Of a DNA stretch of 64,000 nucleotides, positions 58,879 to 64,000 are shown in pieces. Location of the stretch: positions 14,196 to 78,195 of IMG/VR virus record IMGVR_UViG_3300029365_000529, one strand, 5' to 3'. Under the pieces are notes generated by a model, which did no database searches, was not told the origin of the DNA, and worked only from the letters and a program-made list of their open reading frames with translations. Position 1 is the stretch's first letter, and the number at the start of each line of letters is the position of its first letter. The translations under genes and the position numbers were made by a program. Origin of the DNA: a virus.

Positions 58879-59295
58879 ATGGAAAAGGCAAGAATCATAA
58901 TCTACGATGATTGGGCGATACTCGATGAGACAGAGACCTTCTTCAAGGATAAATCCTATCTTATTGGCATCGCCAAATCTACCCTTCAGCAGACGCCCGA
59001 TGCGGTAATTGCTGAAGTTTGGGTAAATGACCGGCTGAAAATGAAGTTCCGCATCAATAGCAAGGGCAAGGTTCAGCAATGCAAGGTCAGTCAGCATCCA
59101 GGGTGGGGTGGTTGCAGAGAGCGAGCCGGAACACCGAGCAAGGGGGCAGCTGCCCTCATCCATAGGGTTGTGACGCATGTAAACGAAGATATGTTTGAGT
59201 TTTGCGAATCCCTCGGTCGCAACAAAGCCGAATGGATCAGACAGGCTATAGCCGAGAAACGAGAACGTGAAGACAAGGAAAAAGCAGGGCACTAG
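58879..59295 (+). CDS. hypothetical protein with possible C-terminal ribbon-helix-helix
   Basis: VTHVNEDMFEFCESLGRNKAEWIRQAIAEK resembles the beta-strand plus two helices of a CopG/RHH fold. Confidence 0.35.
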   Translation: MEKARIIIYDDWAILDETETFFKDKSYLIGIAKSTLQQTPDAVIAEVWVNDRLKMKFRINSKGKVQQCKVSQHPGWGGCRERAGTPSKGAAALIHRVVTHVNEDMFEFCESLGRNKAEWIRQAIAEKREREDKEKAGH

Positions 59296-59308
59296 GCTCT
59301 GCTTTTTC
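59283..59308. terminator. bidirectional terminator between convergent early (+) and minus-strand blocks
   Basis: Stem AGCAGGGC/GCTCTGCT (one G-U wobble) with loop ACTAG, A-run upstream and TTTTT downstream. Confidence 0.55.
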
Positions 59309-59310
59309 TG

Positions 59311-59583
59311 TTACCATGTTATCATTCGGTCGTACTGACAATGCCACATATAAGCAAGGTGTCTCTTATATTCTTTAATGGCAGCTAAACGTGCCCTTGC
59401 TTTCCATTTAGTACGCCTTCCTACTATTACATACTCAACACTCTCTTCGTATACGAATTTATAGTCACGGATATATATTCTTACTTTAGTCGGATTTACG
59501 TATCTTTCTACGCCATACTTCGCAGCCTTCTTTAGCTTTCGGGGAATGCGAACCTTAAAACCTCTAAAGAATCTTCTTTTCAT
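59311..59583 (-). CDS. basic hypothetical protein (90 aa)
   Basis: Six-frame ORF. Confidence 0.4.
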   Translation of the reverse strand: MKRRFFRGFKVRIPRKLKKAAKYGVERYVNPTKVRIYIRDYKFVYEESVEYVIVGRRTKWKARARLAAIKEYKRHLAYMWHCQYDRMITW

Positions 59584-59809
59584 GCTTACCTCGCTTTCTT
59601 CTTGATTTCATTCGGATAGGAAAGTGATTTTGTATTCGCCCATCCATATTCACAAAGCAGTAGTATATCCATTTAGTGCTATAATCACCAAGAAAAGACT
59701 TCAACGAATACCTGATTATCTTAGCCTTGCGCCTAAACCTGTAACCTTGACTTTCCCAATACGGACGAGCCTTCTTCATTTGCTTCTTAGCTTTTCTAAT
59801 ACTAGTCAT
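59564..59809 (-). CDS. basic hypothetical protein (81 aa)
   Basis: Six-frame ORF. Confidence 0.4.
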   Translation of the reverse strand: MTSIRKAKKQMKKARPYWESQGYRFRRKAKIIRYSLKSFLGDYSTKWIYYCFVNMDGRIQNHFPIRMKSRRKRGKHEKKIL

Positions 59810-60209
59810 ACACTACTCCTTTCTGTTCTTCAAAATAGAATACGATAGGCTTATTGAAAGAAGGAGTAAGCAGACCATAAGCGATACTCATACTTACTTG
59901 GAACTTTGCAGCACCTCTAAGCAAGCCTTCAGCCTGTTCTCTTATAGATTCACGGAATTGTTCGATATTCATATCCCGCTTTCTAAAGTTACAGGCTCGG
60001 CAAGAAGGCATGTAATTATCCATACTATCCTCACCATGAGAAACGACATACTTACCTTCCTTATCACTCCAACGAGAGTAACCGCCACGATTCTTTGGAA
60101 CGAAATGGTCTACTTGCATATCTTCGAACTTTATTTCTTTTCCGCAGTATGCGCAATGATGGCCGTACTTCTCCCAAACCTTGATTCTGTCTTCCTTTTT
60201 CATACGCAA
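59802..60209 (-). CDS. HNH endonuclease
   Basis: HHCAYCGKEI...VDHFVPKNRGG...NYMPSCRACNFRK contains the C-x2-C...H-x...N...C-x2-C HNH signature. Confidence 0.75.
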   Translation of the reverse strand: MRMKKEDRIKVWEKYGHHCAYCGKEIKFEDMQVDHFVPKNRGGYSRWSDKEGKYVVSHGEDSMDNYMPSCRACNFRKRDMNIEQFRESIREQAEGLLRGAAKFQVSMSIAYGLLTPSFNKPIVFYFEEQKGVVYD

Positions 60210-60332
60210 TAGTTTTACTAAACAAACCTTCTGCCTTTCAGAATCACCACTCTTTTATGGCGCTCTGCTGCATCATGCAATTTCTGAAGAAGTTCTTCCT
60301 GTGCCCAACGCAGTTTGGCATCATTCAAATAC

Positions 60333-60824
60333 TTATCCATTACCTTTATCAACCTTCCCATCTTCTTTATGATTTTCTTTCTTACCTCTGTATTTCTTTT
60401 GAAATTCGTTGAGCATATCGAAGAACGCACATGGGTTATTTGCAGCGGTTTTGGCGATAGACTTTTCCTTAGGTAACTTACGTGTATCATATTGTCCGCG
60501 TTTGTGTAAGACCTCCCTAAGCGCATAGAATAGCGCAGCAAAAATCTCACCTTCTGCCATGTTTTCGTCTCTATTCCATTCTGCACGAATATTGACTTTC
60601 AGCGTATTCTCTAACGTCCCATCATCTTTGAGGTGAATGATATGTTCAAACGGACGATAGTTGCCTATCGAAATTTCCAATGCACTCGGAGCAATATCCC
60701 TAGAAAAATAGGTAGCAACATCAAGAACAATATCCGTATCAGCAGGAACTCTGCTTAGAATATCAACGAACTCGCCAGCCTTACCTAGGATAGGTCTATG
60801 CGGATAACCTTCTGTATATTTCAT
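60333..60824 (-). CDS. hypothetical protein (163 aa)
   Basis: Six-frame ORF. Confidence 0.45.
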   Translation of the reverse strand: MKYTEGYPHRPILGKAGEFVDILSRVPADTDIVLDVATYFSRDIAPSALEISIGNYRPFEHIIHLKDDGTLENTLKVNIRAEWNRDENMAEGEIFAALFYALREVLHKRGQYDTRKLPKEKSIAKTAANNPCAFFDMLNEFQKKYRGKKENHKEDGKVDKGNG

Positions 60825-61090
60825 GCTTTTTTCTTGTTGATTTTAGCGATGCGTTCATTGTAAGCATCATAGTCTTGTTTACTAATCTCAATAACGCTCT
60901 GGACGATTACTGTTCCACTAACCATATCATACTTGAATTTCTCTTCCGTACTAGTGATGATGTTCATGAGAGGATAGAACTTAATATCCTTTTCTTCCCC
61001 TTTAACGCTACACGTAACCGCACTAACGCTAATCTTGTCATCCTTGCGCATGAAGGAGGCTACTGCATAATAATATCTTTCAACTTCCAT
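60821..61090 (-). CDS. hypothetical protein (89 aa)
   Basis: Six-frame ORF, coupled start. Confidence 0.4.
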   Translation of the reverse strand: MEVERYYYAVASFMRKDDKISVSAVTCSVKGEEKDIKFYPLMNIITSTEEKFKYDMVSGTVIVQSVIEISKQDYDAYNERIAKINKKKA

Positions 61091-61093
61091 AAG

Positions 61094-61324
61094 CTATAAT
61101 TTTTTACGAAACAACGGATTAACTCTTTTTCTGAACTCAACAAGCGTACATGGATATTTCGCTTTTAACTTGTGATAATGCCTGTAGCGGTGTATCTTCC
61201 AAAAAGAATTTACGAAGTCCTTACATTTCTTGAAGGTGTAACAACAAGTACAATCCTTACACCTACCTGTCGAATGCGTCCAGCAGTATGCAAAAATGAG
61301 ACGCTCTTTTATAAAACTTCCCAT
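61094..61324 (-). CDS. small Cys-rich protein (76 aa)
   Basis: CWTHSTGRCKDCTCCYTFKKC cluster. Confidence 0.4.
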   Translation of the reverse strand: MGSFIKERLIFAYCWTHSTGRCKDCTCCYTFKKCKDFVNSFWKIHRYRHYHKLKAKYPCTLVEFRKRVNPLFRKKL

Positions 61325-61328
61325 AATC

Positions 61329-61580
61329 CTACAACTTTTCTAATTCTTCCTGTAAGTCATTAATTCTCTTCTCGATGTTGGCGACAACCATCGCTCTCAG
61401 TCCTTTGATAACATCATTATCGAGAATGTAACCTATGTTAAGAATACGTCCGTGATCGCACCTTTCTTCAAGATTAACTCTTAAATCCACAGAAGGGAAA
61501 TTTGCAAACTGCAAAAGTTCTCTTTCACTATCAAGTACTTTCTTCAACTCAATAGCTTTCGTTAAATCTTCTTCTTTCAT
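61329..61580 (-). CDS. hypothetical protein (83 aa)
   Basis: Six-frame ORF with helical C-terminus. Confidence 0.4.
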   Translation of the reverse strand: MKEEDLTKAIELKKVLDSERELLQFANFPSVDLRVNLEERCDHGRILNIGYILDNDVIKGLRAMVVANIEKRINDLQEELEKL

Positions 61581-61622
61581 ACGCTATAAATAAAAGCCCC
61601 ATCCGAAGAGAGGGCAATTAGT

Positions 61623-62411
61623 TTATTTAACCATCATCATTTGTGGAACATTACCATATACAGGCAACTTACCATCCCACTTCTCAATCCACATCTTCTG
61701 CAAGATTGCCGGAGTAAGCGATGCAGTCTTCAACTCATTCGCCTCTCGCTCAGCTTTTGCTTGCACAAGCATCTTCTCAGCCTCAGCCTTCTTTACTGCA
61801 ACCTCATTGAGTGCACGCTGAGCCTCCTGAATAGCCTTGTTTTTCTGATTGACCGCCTCAACTATCGAACTTGGATATTTCAAGCCAGAAGTAAGCTGTT
61901 CCAAATGGAAATGCTCATTGGCGAGAGCCTTGCTGAATTGAGCCTCAATAGCTTTTTCCACCAAATCACGATTGCTGACGATTTGGTCGGTTGTGTATTT
62001 GTTCAGCTGAATGCGGAAGGCATCTTTCACGTAGTTGAACAAAGTACCATTCACAATGTCCTTCAACTCCTTGCGGTACTTCTTGAATACCTTTGGCGCA
62101 TTACCATCCACCATTTTGAGAGAGACCGTAGGATCCACGGTGAATTCTGAGCCATCCTTGGCATTGATGGTGAATGCCGGATAGTCAATAGTCTGCACAT
62201 AGGTAGGGTACTCATACACCTCCTCTGTGAAAGGATTGTACCACACACGACCGGTAACAAGACTTACATCATCTACGCCTTTGTCGGAACCATAGAGGTT
62301 TACCAAGATTCCCTCAGAGCCAGCATCCACACGCTCGCTACAGGAAGTAGTTGAAAACAACGCTGCACCAAGCAGCATAAACAAACACAATTGATTAATC
62401 TTTCTTTTCAT
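61623..62411 (-). CDS. SPFH/band-7 (prohibitin-like) domain lipoprotein
   Basis: Lipobox LFSTTSC; C-terminal AIQEAQRALNEVAVKKAEAEKMLVQAKAEREANELK coiled coil typical of SPFH proteins. Confidence 0.5.
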   Translation of the reverse strand: MKRKINQLCLFMLLGAALFSTTSCSERVDAGSEGILVNLYGSDKGVDDVSLVTGRVWYNPFTEEVYEYPTYVQTIDYPAFTINAKDGSEFTVDPTVSLKMVDGNAPKVFKKYRKELKDIVNGTLFNYVKDAFRIQLNKYTTDQIVSNRDLVEKAIEAQFSKALANEHFHLEQLTSGLKYPSSIVEAVNQKNKAIQEAQRALNEVAVKKAEAEKMLVQAKAEREANELKTASLTPAILQKMWIEKWDGKLPVYGNVPQMMMVK

Positions 62412-62486
62412 TGTCTTTTTTATTTTTGAACGTTAAACAATTTGTCGCGATGGAGAACAATATCCATAGGACAAAGCCTAGCACTC

Positions 62487-62603
62487 CTACAAGGTTAAGA
62501 TGGTGTCTGCCTTGCTAACTGCCCTAAGACTTAGGCTGAGAATCATAAGCGTTGAGAGCAGCCAAGCTGCAAACAACATCACTTTCCATTTAATCTTCTT
62601 CAT
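62487..62603 (-). CDS. small hydrophobic peptide (about 38 aa) upstream of the SPFH gene
   Basis: MKKIKWKVMLFAAWLLSTLMILSLSLRAVSKADTILTL; coordinates approximate to within 1 nt; not in the provided track. Confidence 0.25.
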   Translation of the reverse strand: MKKIKWKVMLFAAWLLSTLMILSLSLRAVSKADTILTL

Positions 62604-63132
62604 AATCTATAATTTTTAGTTCGACTTTCATTTAAGGGTACACCCCAACCTTTTCCGCACACCACTAGGGGGCGAGGATTGACCGACTTGAAATTTGGTT
62701 TTATATAATTATATATTTACCTACTCAAAGAGTACCAAATATCAAAAGTCTTACCTAGATATAGAAAAGCCATTCCGCAAGCCTTCTTCGTCCCAGTGTA
62801 TTACCTTTCGGTCGTGCGTTGCCTGTTGAGGTTGGTTGCTCAGAGCAGGACTGAAGGGATATATCTATCTAAGTTAGGGTCGTTTTATATATCGGCAGGT
62901 AAACCGAAGAGGACGATACTGATGAAACCTCGTATGTCTTGCCAAAAACTCGGGGAAAATAAAAATCCCCAAGTCGTGTGACGCCGACCTAGGGATTTCG
63001 TGATTTATATTGAACCTATTGAATACAGGTAGAATATCGAAGTCTTATATCAATCGTCACATTGACGAGTGCAAAAGTAAGAAAAGTATTTGAAACCGCC
63101 AAATTTCAACTTTTGCAAAATATAGTTAAAAA

Positions 63133-63183
63133 GTAATTAAAAATTTGTGTTATAAAAATGTTATCACTATCTTTGCACCCGAA
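63133..63183 (+). promoter_or_regulatory. early promoter PE2, near-identical core to PE1
   Basis: TTTG at 63133-63136, 20-nt spacer, TATCTTTGCACCCGAAA; shares -33, -7 and 9 downstream nt with the promoter at 52615-52656. Confidence 0.5.
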
Positions 63184-63189
63184 AGATAA

Positions 63190-63393
63190 GTGGCTGATAT
63201 AGACAGCTTTGTGAGAAATTGGTTGTGCCCCCAACGGAATCACAAAATAAGCAAAATAAAACTTATTTGTACAAAATTAGCATGGGAGAACAATGGTAGT
63301 AAGTTACTTATTTATAGGTACTTACCTCTGTTGTTCTATTTTGTTTTTAAATATATTTTACAGTTTACCCTCTTTTATGTACTCTTTTCGTAA
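63190..63393 (+). CDS. small hypothetical hydrophobic protein (67 aa)
   Basis: ORF directly downstream of PE2. Confidence 0.35.
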   Translation: MADIDSFVRNWLCPQRNHKISKIKLICTKLAWENNGSKLLIYRYLPLLFYFVFKYILQFTLFYVLFS

Positions 63394-63505
63394 ATAGCTG
63401 TTAATCAATATGTTATGAGTTTGGTGTATTGAGAAATCATCCATGTGTGTTACAAATGTGTTATCAAAAAGCGCTAATGTGTTACCAGAATAGAGAAGTT
63501 GAAAT

Positions 63506-63540
63506 CCTTAATGACCTTAATGACCATGGCCTTAATGACC
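63506..63540. repeat. three direct copies of CCTTAATGACC
   Basis: 63506-63516, 63515-63525 and 63530-63540; in the gap between convergent genes. Confidence 0.5.
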
Positions 63541-63559
63541 GGAAAACGGCCCTAAACAT

Positions 63560-64000
63560 TTATTTGTTTTTCTGATGAAATTCCTTCCTTGTCTTAGCCA
63601 TTGCTTCTGTAGCCCTATCGTGGGTCTCTATCAGCAGTGGACTCTTGTGATATTGCACGATTTTGACTCCGACTGAGTTGTGCCTTTTCTTTACCTCGAT
63701 GCATTGAATGATCAAGTCCGGATTGGCTGATTTAGCCGTTGGAGTCTTGTCAAAGTTCTGAATATAGGCAGCGTTGGTCAGGAAGAGAATGTCGGAACCT
63801 TCCGGTATTTCCTGCATTACTTTCACCATGAGGGTTAGTATCATGCGGAATTCCGTGGTGTGTAGGTCGCTGATTACATCACGGCTGATGATATTGCCGT
63901 TATGCTCAATCACAACGGCAGCACCACCAGCTCGCTCTTTATGGCCATAATCACATGAGCCACCTATCCAAACGTAATATGTAGATGTATCTTGTGTCAT
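63560..64000 (-). CDS. RNase H-like domain protein (RNase HI/RVT_3 fold), possibly catalytically altered
   Basis: YVWIGGSCDYG (DG motif), TEFRMILTLM (Glu), HKSPLLIETHDRATEAMAK (His...Asp). The second Asp position reads LTNAAY instead of TDS. The start codon sits exactly at the window edge. Confidence 0.5.
   Translation of the reverse strand: MTQDTSTYYVWIGGSCDYGHKERAGGAAVVIEHNGNIISRDVISDLHTTEFRMILTLMVKVMQEIPEGSDILFLTNAAYIQNFDKTPTAKSANPDLIIQCIEVKKRHNSVGVKIVQYHKSPLLIETHDRATEAMAKTRKEFHQKNK

Noticed and set aside
60218-60586. 122-aa minus ORF overlapping 60333-60824 in another frame
   Set aside because: Basic low-complexity translation. The overlapping 163-aa ORF is longer and has normal composition, though a short C-terminal piece (about 46 aa from the Met at 60355) could be a real coupled mini-gene.
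62640-63000. Possible structured ncRNA in the 590-bp gap (GC-richer patch with the hairpin GGGGAAAATAAAAATCCCC)
   Set aside because: Only short local hairpins and no recognisable family signature (tmRNA tag, 6S, RNase P motifs). Cannot be supported without covariation data.
1-64000. tRNA, tmRNA, rRNA, CRISPR array, integrase/att sites
   Set aside because: Scanned for T-loop GTTCGA/GTTCAA contexts and repeat-spacer periodicity and found none. No tyrosine or serine recombinase motifs seen in any ORF. Absence is by eye only and should be confirmed with tRNAscan/Infernal and a recombinase HMM search.

Overview
The window reads as most of a tailed dsDNA phage or prophage genome from a Bacteroidota-type host. 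The host call is an inference from repeated TTTG-N20-TAnnTTTG promoter boxes and from codon usage; no integrase, tRNA, rRNA or CRISPR array was found. Two early regions of small + strand ORFs sit at 1-4100 and 52900-59300, several preceded by AGGAG-like ribosome-binding sites. An XRE-family repressor at 52156-52455 faces a 480-bp regulatory region. The lysis cassette at 4507-5834 encodes a holin, a T7-lysozyme-like Amidase_2 endolysin and a candidate unimolecular spanin. The morphogenesis module spans 7981-25300 and includes a large terminase with the KxRQxGxS/T Walker A, a portal, a scaffold-like protein, a putative major capsid protein, a tail fibre with 11-residue tandem repeats and a leucine-rich-repeat protein. 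The standout is a 21-kb minus-strand operon at 29847-51149 ending in a single 17.3-kb gene for a 5,767-aa polyvalent protein. That protein carries a ParB-like motif, a gamma-class N6A methyltransferase core (NPPF), a complete SNF2/DExH helicase core (GxGKG...DESH...SAT...QxxGRxxR), two HExxH zincin motifs and glycine-rich hydrophobic segments. It is best explained as a virion-packaged injected protein. Non-coding signals include a conserved 19-nt motif sitting 17 nt upstream of the -7 box in four late operons, a duplicated GC-rich twin hairpin with compensatory changes, a 72-bp direct repeat read in two different frames, duplicated early promoters, and several bidirectional terminators at operon convergence points.
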